Positions 25,560 to 38,641 of a stretch of DNA of 64,000 nucleotides are shown in pieces (position 1 is the first letter of the stretch; every line of letters begins with the position of its first letter). The stretch is from positions 86,182,001-86,246,000 of the forward strand of contig NC_087437.1 of the NCBI RefSeq assembly GCF_036321535.1, read 5' to 3'. The notes beneath the pieces are model-generated. The model made no database searches, was not told the origin of the DNA, and was given only the letters and a program-made list of their open reading frames with translations. The DNA comes from Camelus dromedarius. Taxonomy: Eukaryota. Made by a program: the position numbers and the translations under genes.

Positions 25560-27350
25560 ACCTTGTATCCTCGAGGATTCTGTTCTCACCTCTCTGCAAG
25601 CAGCTCAGTTTACACAGTCACCATCTTTGAACCCACCATGTTACCAAATCTAGTCTGTGGTTACTGTTCTCCCTTCCTCTGACCTCTCTGTGGCCCATGA
25701 CTGGTGATCAACTGCTCCTCCTGAAAATTCATTCTTTCCTTGGCAACTCTGGCACAACCCTGCCTCTCTCCCATCTCAAACTATTCCAACGGACTCAGCT
25801 TCGACCCTGAGCATCTGCATTGTGATACCCAAGCAGGGCTTCTCATTCTGTGCATTGTGTGCTCATCCCAAGAGTCAATCATCACCTCACTGCCTTTTCC
25901 TTCCTCCCTGAAGTCTTTCTGGGAGGTCCCATCCTTCTCATGGCTTAAAATTTCACTTATCTATGGCTCTCACTCATTGCCTGAAATGCCAGTCAGGTAT
26001 CTCCAATCTATATTTTTTAACAGTCCCAGGAATATCTCAGTCAGTATCCACATTTGTTCCTTTGAACTAGAAAATGATATAAAGGCTACTGTCACATTCA
26101 CAAATATGCTGAGGAGTTGAGTCAAGGAAACAGGCAAAGCTAGGTTATAAGGCTGAACCAAGTATCTCTTCTCACTGTAAATATATGAATATTTATGGAG
26201 CAAAATATATGACTATTTACACAGTAAATAAAGATACAAATAACTTCTCAGTCAATTCAGGTAAAGTTTTTTGCTAACAAAAGACTTCAGGTCAGGTTAC
26301 TGAACATGTTATGAAAAAATACATATTTTCAGAACTTTTTGAACTTGGGGATTGTGATTAAAGAATATTAATGATGACAAAAAAATATTTAAATACCAAC
26401 TATTTATTGAAAACCAACATTCACTCAAGCACTGTGTTAAACATTTATGTATCTAACAATAATAATAGAAATTATAGAGTATTTGAGGTAAACACCCTTA
26501 TTTGCCTCATTTTACATATAGAAAAACTGTACAGTGCTATAATCATTTAAAAGAATATCCAGACTGGAAATCCAGAGTCATTTTAAATTTCCCCTCTTCT
26601 TCCTCCCTCTCCCACCACCATATCTAGTTTTCAAATGCTATTAATTCTTCCTTTCCACTTATCCCTCCCTCTGAAGTCCCACCCTCACGATGCGACCTAA
26701 CTCAGATCCTATGACTATATAGGCCATGTGTCAGATCCTTAGTATTGTGCAGACCAGACCAATATTATTTCCTCCAATTTAACCTTCTCCCAACTATCAC
26801 TCTTCTTAAAATATTTATTACATATTCATTCATTCTTTTAACAAATGCTTATTCAATACTTAATCTGTGCAGCATTCCTCTTCTGAAAAAAGTTCAATGG
26901 ATTGCCATTGCCTATTAAGTCCAAACTCCTTGGATTCCTACTTGAGGTCTCAAATAATATATACATTTTCAACTTTATCTCTTCCTACACACTTTGTTGT
27001 ACACAGGAATTCAGCCAGACTGCCATTCCATGAATAGGCTTCATTGTGTGTGCATCGGCACTTCTATTCATGCTGCTCTGCCATCCTAGGTGCCCTCTTC
27101 CATTCTCTCCATCTCTGTAGGTTTAGTCGTGGTCCCTACTTCCCTTAGCCATCCTGACATCTCCAGCTTATAATGACTCCACCATTTAACATTTCACTAT
27201 TCATTTTGTTTATAATTTTAAACTGCCTTCTACTGTGACTTAACTCTTCATATCTGTGTCCTATCTTTGCAACTAGATTGTATTTATTGACGATAAATAT
27301 AATTTCATATTTCTTTGTACTCCAATGTTGAATGTAACTCACACAAATAA
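25560..27350 (+). mobile_element. Fragmented L2 with intervening MIR and DNA-element pieces
   Basis: Pyrimidine-rich L2 sense text at about 25560-26070 and 26550-27350; antisense MIR at about 26390-26530. Confidence 0.55.
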
Positions 27351-27555
27351 AAATTATAACACATTTTCTGTTTGAATCATTTGGTACAGGAGGGATAAGA
27401 AAGCGAACAAGTATCTTCCTAACTTCCTAACACTTTTAATCATTTTTCTCTCACTGATTATCTCAAAGTGTCCTAGGTGGTAATAAAAACAATAAGAACA
27501 GTATAGCGTGTAATCAAAATTATCTTAGAAAATTTCTTAGGAAAATGCTGCTATA

Positions 27556-27922
27556 CGGTTGTCCCTCAATATCTGTGGCAGATTGGTTCCAGGACCCCAC
27601 CCCCACCTCCACAGTGAATATTAAAATCCGTGGATGCTTAGGTCCCTTATAAAAAAAACGGTGTAGTATTTGAATATAACCTAAACACATGCTCCTATAT
27701 ACTTTAAATCATCTCTAGATTACTTCTAGTACCTAATACAATGTAAATAGTTGCAAATACAATGTAAATAGTTGCAAATACAATGTAAATGCTACAGAAA
27801 TAGTTGCCATGGTGGCAAATTCAAATTTTGCTTTTTTGGGAATTTTTTCCCAAATATTTTCTATCCGTGGTTGGTTCAATCTGCAGATGTGGAACGAACC
27901 CACAGATATGGAGGACTGACTG
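27556..27922 (+). mobile_element. MER2/MER2B (TcMar-Tigger) with an internal 21 bp tandem duplication
   Basis: TA|cggttgtccctcaatatctgtgg ... cacagatatggaggactgactg|TA, giving TIRs and a TA TSD. Confidence 0.88.
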
Positions 27923-28263
27923 TACTGGAGATCAGCCCACTGTCAATAAATCTAACACAGCCAGTGTTTAATCTCAGAAAAAAGTACTGTTTCTTTAATT
28001 TAACACTAAAATCGTTAAGGGTTATGTTATATATTTAATGTGTGTATGTAAGTAGTAGAATCATACTCAGGACAGGAAGATGCTCACATTAACAAAGGTA
28101 CGTACAGAGAGGGAAAATCAGCCACAAGTCTCTCATCTTATACTCACTACCATGTACACACTCCCTGGATGAGGAATGGTGGAATGAAATGCATTTCTCT
28201 CTCTTTAGTCACTTGTTTCCTGAAACGTAAATGCCTGTTCAGAGAGGATCTGAAATTACCTCT

Positions 28264-28812
28264 TGTGATAGGCAGAATTCTAAGACGGCCCCTAAGAATC
28301 CCACCCAAACCCTGGTATGATCCCCTACCCCTGAGTGTAAGCCAGACCTGTGAATATGATGGAATACCTCCCCCAAGACTGGATTATCGATCAGTTCACT
28401 TTGAGTTCATCATAAGGGAGATTGCCCTAGGGGGGCCTGGCCTGAGAAGGTGAGCACTTAAAGGGATTGGAGCCTTTCCAGAAGGAAGAGATTAAGAGAT
28501 TCATAGAGTGAGAGGACCTATGGAGGGGGTCCTGTGATGAGCCTGCCAGTGCCCCCTGGCTGCTGAGAGTGGTTCCAGTCAAATTAAACCAACAACCTGA
28601 GGGAGCTGGGAAACACATCTCTCCCCAGTCAGATCTCTAGATGAGGGCATACCTGGCTTACACCTTGATTTTAGCCTTTTGAAACCATAATCAGAGGGCC
28701 CAATTAAAATGTGCTGGACTGTTGACCCATGAAAACTATGAGATAATAAATTTGTTCTCTTTTAAGCTGTTAAATTTATGGTAATTTGTGATACAGGAAA
28801 AAAAAACCCAAC
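28264..28812 (+). mobile_element. MaLR LTR (MLT1E-like)
   Basis: tgtgataggcagaattctaagacggcccc...tttaagctgttaaatttatggtaatttgt. Confidence 0.8.
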
Positions 28813-28814
28813 TG

Positions 28815-29000
28815 CTTTCTATATCAGACACTGTGCTAAGCACTTTAAATTCACAATCTTTTAATTATCCTTATTGTAGAGTTGAGGCATCTGAAGTTTA
28901 AAGAGGTTACATAACTTGCCAAGTTATGTAGGAAGTGACTGAAACAGGATGTTACATCCAGATTTACTAACAAAGCGCATGTTCTTAACCACCGCTGACA
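28815..29000 (-). mobile_element. MIR SINE
   Basis: cactgtgctaagcacttt...agaggttacataacttgccaag. Confidence 0.7.
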
Positions 29001-29519
29001 GGAATGTTGGGCATTCTACTTTAGCCTTGTTTAATGTTCTGAATATCAAACTCTCTCTGTGCTTCTATCAAACTCTGAATTTTTAGTCCTTTCTACTGAC
29101 AACTTCCTTACTTTATTGACATTGAAAAGAACCTGTTTAATTTATTTCATTAAACATTTATGAAACACCTACTGTAGGAAAGAACTTGAATGAAGTGCTA
29201 GGGGAATTCAAAGATTGATAAGACAGCCCCTGACCCTCAAGTTTCTTGCATACTAGTGGGAAAACAAACTCATACACAAATATCACAAAGGAGTAAATGA
29301 AGAGGTAAGGTGGAACTATCCAGCCCCAAAATTCCAAAAGAAAGCATTCATCTGTTAATTGATCTAGCAAAGGGACGCTTATGGAATAAGATGCAGACAC
29401 ACATTTACATACTCACTTCAGATGAGACTATATTTATGGGACTTTCCTGGTTCCTGAAGATTGAGAAATAAAGGAATCCTTAACGAATTGTATATTTGCT
29501 TCTAAAACTTCATGTACTG

Positions 29520-29700
29520 TCATCTTAATATAGGCTAAGCATTGTTCTTGTATTTAAAATTATTCTATTTAGCTCTCACAAAAATCTGTAACCATTATTA
29601 TTATTTTACTGATGAGGAAACTAAGATACAAAGAGGTTAAGTAATTTGCCTAACATCACAAAATCTGCAGTTTGACTCTGGTACATACACTTTTAACCAG
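29520..29700 (-). mobile_element. MIR SINE
   Basis: ttttactgatgaggaaactaagatacaaagaggttaagtaatttgcc. Confidence 0.75.
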
Positions 29701-30735
29701 TACATCTTCTACAACACGATCATTTTAATAAAAAAGGAGGATGAAGTGAGAATAAAAGCCATGTGAAGAATGGGGAAGGTGAAAGGAGATAAACAGAGAT
29801 ATCTGCTGCAACTGATCATAGAATTTAAATATGTTTCTCAGAACTCAAGGCAAAATGGAAAATAACTCGATTTACATAGGCTTCCTAATCTGAAAACATT
29901 CACTAAAATCTAAGAGAAATTCATAATCAGTGTCCCTACATGGGGAGGACTTTGAACAACAAATACACAATGTTTTGTATAAGACTCACTTAAATGTTCT
30001 GAAATTGACTTTTACTTAAACCAAGAACAAAAGAGTCAACTGAAGTTCTGTGAAGGCATGTGGGAATGAATTAACATGGTACAGTTATGTATCCTTTTAC
30101 TTGACACAGAAGGGAATGGCTGGTTAGCATTGTTCAAACAGTAGATCACAAACCCTTAGTGCATCATGAAATCATTTGAGTAAATCACAACTGGTTTTTA
30201 AAAAATCATACATATACATGTGTATGTGTATGCTTATATGTATGTGTACATGTGTTATATCTCAAGTTTAAAGATAAATATTGTGTAATAAATTTTTTTG
30301 TATGTCTATGGGTTTATATGTGCATGTCATCTTATAAATGTGATTTACATTTTTTACAAAAATTTGAAAGCCATTGCCTTAGCTTAGACTCTTCATCTTG
30401 ACTATCAGTTATCTCGGCCAGGATCCTGTCAAAGCTCCATAAAATATAATATCAGATTGAAGTCACTGGAGAGTGTTTGGAGTGTAGCTTGCATTGTTGA
30501 TTGAAAGGAAACCCTCATGCTGTAGATTTCAGGCAAAAAAAAGTGGACAGGAAGTCACTTTTTGCAATTAAAGAGGTTGTTATTTGTGCTCGGATGGAGG
30601 AGCATCTCATTTCCTCAGAGACTGGGGACTGCAGGAAAGTGTACAGAAGGGACAAAAGTATTTCTAATGAAGCATGAGACCTATGTGATCTATTTAAATG
30701 CATGAGTGCGCACCCTCACCCTGCCCCATGCAGTT

Positions 30736-30863
30736 AGGTGACCATGTGACCAGTGTATCCATGATAGTCCTAGTTACATCAGTTGCCCTGGTGTAATTAT
30801 TAATTGCTTGCCCTTCCACTCTCAAAAATGTCCTGGTTGGATGATGAATTACATGACCACTCT
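30736..30863 (+). mobile_element. MER94 (hAT-Blackjack)
   Basis: aggtgaccatg...ctggtgtaattattaat...cccttccactctcaaaaatgtcctggttggatgat...gaccactct. Confidence 0.8.
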
Positions 30864-32219
30864 TTCCATAAGCAAAGAAAAAAATGTCCCTGGTCTGAAA
30901 AGAAATATTGTTTTTGCTCTTTAAAAGGAGTACTTGTATTACCAAAGTTTGAGATACATAAGAGTGAAAAATATGCTTGGAAATAAGACTGGTTTGCTAC
31001 AAAAAAGCAACAGAAATAACCAGGCTTTCTGGCATGCTGCCTTAACAGACACGTCAGCAACAAGAACCTAATTTCAAAGAACCAACATGGGCGGTTGTAC
31101 TTTTCAGCTGGACTCTACTGCCTGCTCCCCCCCCGCCAGTTCCACTGCCTACTCAGAGCTTACTTTTCTATTTACCAACTCCTTTTTGACTTATTTTGAT
31201 TCTCCACCACTGTCTTTCTATTTTCTCCCTTGACTCCCTTGAATTAGCCCTTTACTTCAAACTCAGTTATAAGTCAGAGAAATTTTTTTAAAAAGAAGAG
31301 AATGGGTTAAATAAAAGAACAAGTATATAAATATTAGAACAATGTCTGTGATATAGTAATGGCTTAAAACATATTCACTTTCTTAGAGATAATCTATTTT
31401 ACTTTAAAAATTAGGCAACCAAGGTTTAGAAAGTTTGAGACCTATTTACTATCACAGAGGCAGTAGTAGTTCCAAATCACATTAATTTTCAAATTTCACA
31501 CACACACAAAAACCCTCTGGAGTAACTGATAAATTTATAGAGAATACGATTTTTCTATGGTTTCTGCAAGTGCTACTTTAATAATCTATTTTTTGACTGT
31601 CCTTGATGTGCTGAAGTACAATTTCTTTTTCTATTTTAAGACATTCTCATCTGCTGTTCTGCCCTTGGATATTCCTTGTAGGTTTGAAGTATCCTCCAGA
31701 AGACAATTATGGATTTATCCATCGGCATTCCAATCTTATTATTGAGCCTATTTCATTTTGAAATTTTCCCACAATGTATGCATGCCTAAGCATGCTCATA
31801 ATATGGTGGATTCGTTATTTAATTTACATCTTTCAGCCTAATGCACAAGCTTTTGAAAATGGTTTGCCTATTCTTTCCATTCACTGCAAAGACAAAACAA
31901 AACAAAAAAACAGCCTAAATACTGCAGCCCAAATATATAGTTTTCAGATAGGATTATAAGAACAAAAAGACTATCTTTTTAAATATCTAGATCACTGGAA
32001 AAAAAATCAGGTCATCTAGTAGAACTCTAGCTAATTGTAGAGTGGGAAATGTGGCAAGTTACCTAAAGGGTATCCCAACCAATTCGCTGGGACACTTTAT
32101 ACACTGTGATAGTAGGTTTCTTCAGTAGGATTGTTCAAATTTTTATGAAGTTAAAGAGGATGTAATTGTGTGTGTGTATCTGTGTGTGTGAGAGAGAGAT
32201 ACAGATCTCAAAGCAAGAG

Positions 32220-33370
32220 GACCTAGTAATGACATGCTAAAAGAGCGTGGATTTCATCCTACAGGCAATGGGGAGCCATTGAAAACTTTTAAGCAGGGTA
32301 ATGACATAATGGGGTTTTATTATATGGAGAGCACTAGAGCAGCAATAGACAGCGTGGATTGTGAAGTGTGAGGCAGCAGGTAGGAAGATGACTGGGAAGA
32401 AAATTCAATAGCCCAGGTGATCTTAACTAAGGCAATGCCAATGATACTAAGAGAGAACAGGAAGAAAAAAAAAAAGTGAGACTTGGCTATTATCTAGAGG
32501 TGAGAATGAAGAAAAGGAAAGAGAAAAACTGAACGTGACTCCCACGTTTCTAATTTGTGAGGCCAGATGAACATGGCGCTTCTAAATAAAAGGAGGAGTA
32601 TCTATTAGGAAAGAGTAAGAATACTCACTCTCTGGGATTTCAAAATGTAGAATAGACAAACAAGATTATACTGCATAGCACAGGGAAATACATACAAGAT
32701 CTTATGGTAGCTCACAGAGAAAAAAATGTGACAATGAATATATATATGTTCAAGTGTAACTGAAAAATTGTGCTCTACACTGGAATTTGACACAATATTG
32801 TAAAATGATTATAACTCAATAAAAAAAGTTTAAAAAAAATTAAAAAATAAAAAAAGAATACTCACTCTGATGACCACAATTTTCTCAAGGAACTAAGAGG
32901 CAGGATCATCTTCTGAGAGACAAGAGCAGAGTGTTTATACAAAAGAGTTGTAGAGAATAGCTGAAGTTTGGAAAAGTCACTAATGAGAATGGAAAAGGAA
33001 GCTGGTCAAAGAACAGCCAAAATTACTAAGCAACGTAAGTCTTAGGAGAAGCAAGTGAGCATGAATTTGTAGTGAAATCAATCTGCACAGGTGCACGAAT
33101 TTGTAATAACATCAGTCTGCACTAATATATGATTTTTTTTCCAAACAATGCTCAGCCATCACTGTATATATTAGTAGAAGCATGGACTACTGGACTTATC
33201 AAGAGTTGCAGGTTTAAATATCAGATGTACTGGAATGCAAAAGCATGAAGGAGATGAGGGCACTGTGAGAAAAAGTGTCAAGTTATCCACCATAGGATCC
33301 AAGATAGGTAAGGAAAGGATACCAGAAGAGAAAGGACAGTAAGAGGATGAAGGTTTAAAAGCTACAACGT
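32220..33370 (-). mobile_element. L2 fragments interrupted by a young L1
   Basis: ggcaatgggagccattgaaaacttttaagcagggtaatgacataat and related L2 text. Confidence 0.65.
32632..32853 (+). mobile_element. 5'-truncated young L1 3' end
   Basis: Artiodactyl-type L1 3'UTR ending in AATAAA plus an A-rich tail. Perfect 15 bp TSD aagaatactcactct at 32617-32631 and 32854-32868. Confidence 0.9.
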
Positions 33371-33371
33371 C

Positions 33372-33660
33372 ACAGACATAGAAAATAAACTTATGGTTAC
33401 TGGGGGTGAAATGGGGTGGGAAGGGATAAATTGGGAGTTTGAGATTTGCAGATACTAACTATTATATATAAAATAGATAAAGAAGTTTCTAATGCATGGC
33501 ACAGGGAATTATATTCAATATCTTGTAGTAATCTATAATGAAAAAGAATATAAAAATGAATATATGTATGTATATGTATGACTGAAACATTATGCTGTAC
33601 ACCAGAAATTGACACAATATTGTAAACTGACTATACTTCAATTTAAAAAATTTAAAATAA
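33372..33660 (+). mobile_element. 5'-truncated L1 3' end (older subfamily)
   Basis: L1 3'UTR text (cacagacatagaaaataaacttatggttac...gcacagggaattatattcaatatcttgta...tgtaaactgactatacttcaat) with an A tail; the TSD is degenerate. Confidence 0.85.
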
Positions 33661-33774
33661 AAACTATGGTGTCAAGGAAATTGGATTGCAGTTTTAATGA
33701 AAATGAGAGAGTAAGAAAGCTGGAAGAGTAGGAGATACTGAGATTACATTATCCTAGGTGAAGAAATTCTAGAT

Positions 33775-33971
33775 CCATATTGTCCAATATGGTAGCCACT
33801 AACCACAGGTGGCTATTTACAATTAAAGTCATTAAAACTAAAGGTTATGTTCCTCAATCACAGTAGCCACATTTCAAGTGCTCAATAACCATGCATGGCT
33901 ACCATATTGTCCATGTTGGACAGGGCAAATAAAACATTTCTATTATGTAGAAAGGTCCACTGGAGAGTATG
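33775..33971. mobile_element. MER3-like (hAT-Charlie)
   Basis: tgtccaatatggtagccactaaccacaggtggctatt...tagccacatttcaagtgctcaata, flanked by tctaga-centred TSD-like sites. Confidence 0.8.
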
Positions 33972-35249
33972 GCTCTAGAGAATGCCAAATTCTAGGGAAT
34001 TTCCTGGAGAGTGATTTGCTAAAGACAAATAGAGACAAAAGCCACTGGGGAAGAAGCAGTAAAGGAACCACAAAGGTGGGATATTGGATGGGTTTCTCAT
34101 AGAGGTGTTGAATTCAGCCTGTGGTAGGTATTCCAATAGAGAGGATATGAGCTAGGTACTAAAGTCCTCATTGAAGGTAGGGGGTGTGACCAGATAGATG
34201 AAAGCGTAAACTTTGTTGGGAGTTGTAATCTGCTTCCTAGGAGTGTATCCTAAACTCTTCAGGCCCATCGTAGCATCCTTTGCTTCTGAAATATGCTTGA
34301 CTGACTCAATCTACACCCAACTCCAGAGTGATGTTCCAGATCCCACTTTAAACTTCTCCTAAACCATTCTCCTGGTTCAAAAATCACCTCTGTTGAAACT
34401 GTATCAGGTTGCTTCAGCCAGTTGAGTCCTGTGGGGTGGAAAAGGAACCTGTTAACTCTATATGGTCAAGTTAACTATGTAGCTGAAAATAACGCATGTA
34501 TGGGAATAGCTATCATTTCATACACAAGATTTAAAGAAGATAATCTGTACAAGGATATATGACAAAAGCAACCATTATGCAGAACATAAATAGTTTGCAT
34601 ATGTCTGCTGTGTTCACTTAACATATTTGTTATAATCTAGGACTTATACCTTAGTTTTTTTATGATCAAGTCAAGGAATGGCTATCTATGTAGCTAGTTA
34701 TATTGACTTTTCATGGCTAAAAATCACACAGAAAAATTTCCAGCGGCATCAGAGTTAGATGCTATCACCCTTCCCTTTTCTTAATAGTTGACAGCTATGA
34801 GCTACAAGCCCACAGTAAACCTGTTCTAACATCAATTCACAAGTCAGCACAAGTTCTTTAATCCTCTCATTTCTCTGTCTCTTACCCCAGAGACGACGGT
34901 AATGCCAGAATAGGGGAATGGCTTACTACTTTGCAAAGGTTGTTAACACCTTGTTTTGAAGAGTATGTGAACAATCTTTCTTACTTAATAATGATAAACT
35001 AAAATAAGCCCAGTTCCTCTTTTCTCCTGTTGCCAATGCTAATCCCTTTTAACTCTGCCCATTCTTGTTAATATCTACAATTTACTTCCACTTGTTTTTA
35101 AGAACTAGGAAGAATAGTCCTGTTTCTCCTTTTTCAATAGGCTATACACATTTTTCGTTTGTTGATTCTGCTAGGCTGTATAGTTATTTGTGTGTGATGG
35201 GCTCTTCCATAACAATACGCAGCAGAAAATTCCTTTTGACAAGCCATAG

Positions 35250-36620
35250 CAAGCTTAATTGAGTCATGACATATATCAGATAGCTTCCAATGAGGCAAAT
35301 GGTCCTTTTTCTAAGGTAGCATATGGTTTCACCCAGTTTCAACATGACTATATAGTCTCACATGACTAAGGAAATTACTTTTTTCATTTGTGAAAAGTTA
35401 CCAAAAGGTATGGAGTTAATATTTGATTGAGCTAATTAAATTTTAAAGAAGCATATGCTCTACAAGGCTTTTCTCCTCCTTGGGTTTAGTGAAAACTATT
35501 TTTTAGATATCTTAAGCATTGAATTAACAGGTCAATTTTTTAAGTTTGTTTTTTTCACTCTATAGTTTAATCATTCCCTAATGAGAACCCCAAATCAATT
35601 CTTTTAAATTTTCATTTTATTTTAAATGTCATATGATAAGTAATATTAATAGAAACAGCTCTGTCAAGATAGTATTTCTGATTCTCTCCCATTGACTTTG
35701 CAGCCTGAAGCCATTCCAAATTCTGACATTACTTTTAATGTTTTCAGGACAGATGCTGTTAGGGCTTTCAGCACAAGTAGTAGATTACCAGCAGACATTA
35801 GTTAATTTGTGAACCTTCATCTGAATATCCTTCAGATACCCATGGGATCTGGGTGATATTATAGCTCCAACGTTAGCCCAAAGAGTAACATCAGTAATGG
35901 GTATCATCCTTACTCCCCTCCCCAGTGCAGCAATAAGGCAAGGAAAAGAAGATTGTAAACCATTGATTTGAACCATATAAATGGGCTGAAAATAAAATGT
36001 GCCATTATATTTGTCCCCAATGCCAAATTTACCTAACATATAATACAAGTAGTCCTATTCAATTGCATCAAAGGACTTCTTGGCATCTAATAAAATTGTT
36101 GCTATTGGTTCCAATTTTCTCTTTGTATTCCAGATGAGTTGCATTAGCCTATGCAGATCATCTGACACTTATCTCCAGATATAAAGTCTTCTTGGATAAG
36201 GGCCTGTTAGATTTGCAATCACTTTATTTAGTCATGTAGCAAATGTCCCAGTATCTGTTATTTTATGTCTACTCACATTGTACAAAAGGGTATTTTTTAT
36301 AATACTGTTAAGGAGGTAACATGCAATCTTCAGTATAAGGCTATATAGATATATGTAATAGGATGAAGAACTGCAGGCAGCCCTGATTCCAAGCCATAGA
36401 TAATATCTGATGCTTTAAAAATTCAGTACAAACCATCTAAATGCATTACATTTATTCATAGTCTGTTTCTGAAACTAGTGGCTGTTCAGCGTGCTGATGG
36501 CAGCAGTTAATGTGTTGGTAAGCAACCTAAATTTTTATAAAGCTATTTTGAAAGTGACTTGATGCCACAGAGAGTAATATCAATTACTCCCTGCTTTTCA
36601 ATTGACATTGCAAGGCTGCT
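35250..36620 (-). mobile_element. Ancient degraded L1-clade LINE ORF2 (reverse transcriptase) fossil of non-mammalian type
   Basis: Minus-strand translation across frameshifts gives RT motifs in order: AT*LNKVIANL..QEDFISG; SDDLHRLMQLI; LLDAKKSFDAIE*DYLYYMLGKFGIG; QPIYMVQING; RGVR/YPLLMLLFGLTLE; HKLT/SAGNLLL (YADD position); EFGMASGCKVN..SEIL. Confidence 0.85.
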
Positions 36621-36884
36621 CCAAATTTCTATTCTTCAGCATCTGCAAAGAAAAGGGAGGCACAGAAAACTCTAAGGGAGATTTCTAAGTATTGCAATCA
36701 CAAGAAGTACTTCTATAGAACACAGCCTGAACTATTCCTAAGAATTTTTCCCCCAAATAGTAATTAACCCTTTGATGACTGAAAATAGGAAACTGCATAC
36801 AAAGGGAAAGCTGAGCAATGGAGAATAAGGGTAAAGTCAGTTGATAAAGTCAGTTGAGTGTTCCTATAACCTATATCCTGTGAG

Positions 36885-37135
36885 ACAGCATGGAGGAGGG
36901 AGAAGGGTCGGGCCTTTGAAGCTAGTTTTAATCTCTGTTTCACACTTTACTTACCAGTGTAGCCTTGGCAAGCTAGGAACAGTGCTAAACTTGGGTTTTC
37001 TCATTCACAAAAGGTAGTTACAATACTCACTCCGGGAATTGTTTTAAAGTTCAAAAAAGATAACATAAATATAAAGCACTTAATCAAACATTTAATGCTC
37101 AATGAATGTTAGCTGTTTCATTATAATTATTATTA
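36885..37135 (+). mobile_element. MIR SINE
   Basis: Near full-length decayed MIR ending aaagcactt...gctcaatgaatgttagctg...attattatt. Confidence 0.7.
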
Positions 37136-38635
37136 ATAATAAAGCAAGCTACATGTAAACTATATATGCCTTTTTCAGTAATTATAGAAAGGTCTAATAC
37201 AATGGCACATGGAGTATTCAGATTAGGCTTCAAGGCATTATGTTGGGAAAATAATGACATTCAACAAAGTGCACTGTGAACATTTACTTTCTGATTAATC
37301 TAGAGAATAAATGTGTTTTTAAACCTATAGTATCTGAAAGCAGGATTTCAAATTGAGAAAACAAACCAATAAGCACAAACTAAAAACATACACACACACA
37401 CAAATTTTTCCATTATTATTAATCTTCTGTATTAGCCCGGTATAGCTGATTGAGTTTGAGAGATCCAGCTTTTCTTTAAATACATTGGTTAGATACAAAG
37501 GAAACAAAATGGCTAATGGAATAAAAGTACAGAAAAAACATTATTCCTCTGTCTTCCCAGTTACACATGCTTGCAAAACAAAAACAGTAAGCGAGCAAAT
37601 AGTCTCTAGTTTGAATACATAGAATGTAATAAACAAAAGGATTCAGCTTCAGCAGAATTTTATATTTCCATATTCAGAGTTCATTATTTTTAAAAGTAAT
37701 TTCTAAACAGATAGAATCTTTTGAAATATGCTGCATATTTTTTCTTAATAGGTGGAAAAATATGTTTGGAATTTGAGTGAAGCAATTTCTAGAGAAAACA
37801 CATGATCCTAACCTGAGGCTAAAACCCTAAGTACACACACAGAAATATATACAATATTCCCAGGATATGTGTAAATAAGGAGAGCCACTTAGTAAACAGT
37901 ACTGGGTTTTGGTAATAGTATAATCCACTCTCATTAGGCATCTCCCTCTTGTGCATTAATATGTGACATCACACTCTCGGATAACATTTCATAACGGAGT
38001 GAAATAAAAAGCCCCTCCAGATTGCAACTGTAAGATAATCAGATTCTGTAGTGCTCATTATGACTGCAATTATGTAGCAAACTCTCCAAATATAGTTCAG
38101 TTATTGCGGTTATTAATCATTCTGGTTTTGTTTCAAGTACTTGCTTTATAGCCTGCTGGATAGACTCCATTATTCTACAAGCTGAATGTCGAAAGTCAAA
38201 CATGTGCATGTGAATCTGCTGTTCTAGCGGCCTTTCAACATAATTTACCCTTTCAATTTGTATTTGTGAATACAAAAAAAAGTGGAGAAATAAAGCTGAT
38301 GTCAATGGAGTCACTGACCTTTGCAGTAAACAGAAGATAGTTCTTAACAAAAAACAACTTGGCAAATAAGAAACTTATTTTGTTAGAACTAGAAATAGTG
38401 CTGTTTAAGAAGTTAGTCTCAGAATATCAATCAGTTCTTACAGAGAAGGTGGGGGAAATCTCTGGAAGAATCTGTGTATTTGATCAGGAGAAAATGATAA
38501 GGGGGCCAGCAAATATGCAGTTTTAAAGGTTCAATGCACCAACATTTTGGATAGAATGCATTTCTAAACATTTTATGCATAAAACCATGTACTTTGATTA
38601 ATTTAACTACAAAATGCCAAGTAAAAGACAGTAGG

Positions 38636-38641
38636 TTTATT
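38636..38641 (-). promoter_or_regulatory. Candidate proximal polyadenylation signal of NSUN3 (AATAAA)
   Basis: AATAAA on the minus strand about 260 nt after the stop, followed by U/GU-rich sequence (ctgtcttttacttggcattttgtag). Confidence 0.45.

Noticed and set aside
27735..27790. Direct repeats superficially like a CRISPR array
   Set aside because: They are head-to-tail with no spacers, in a mammalian genome and inside MER2.
57..35000. Remaining 60-135 aa ORFs in the ORF track
   Set aside because: Most fall in L2, MIR, LTR or low-complexity DNA, with no splice-consistent gene structure or recognisable domains.
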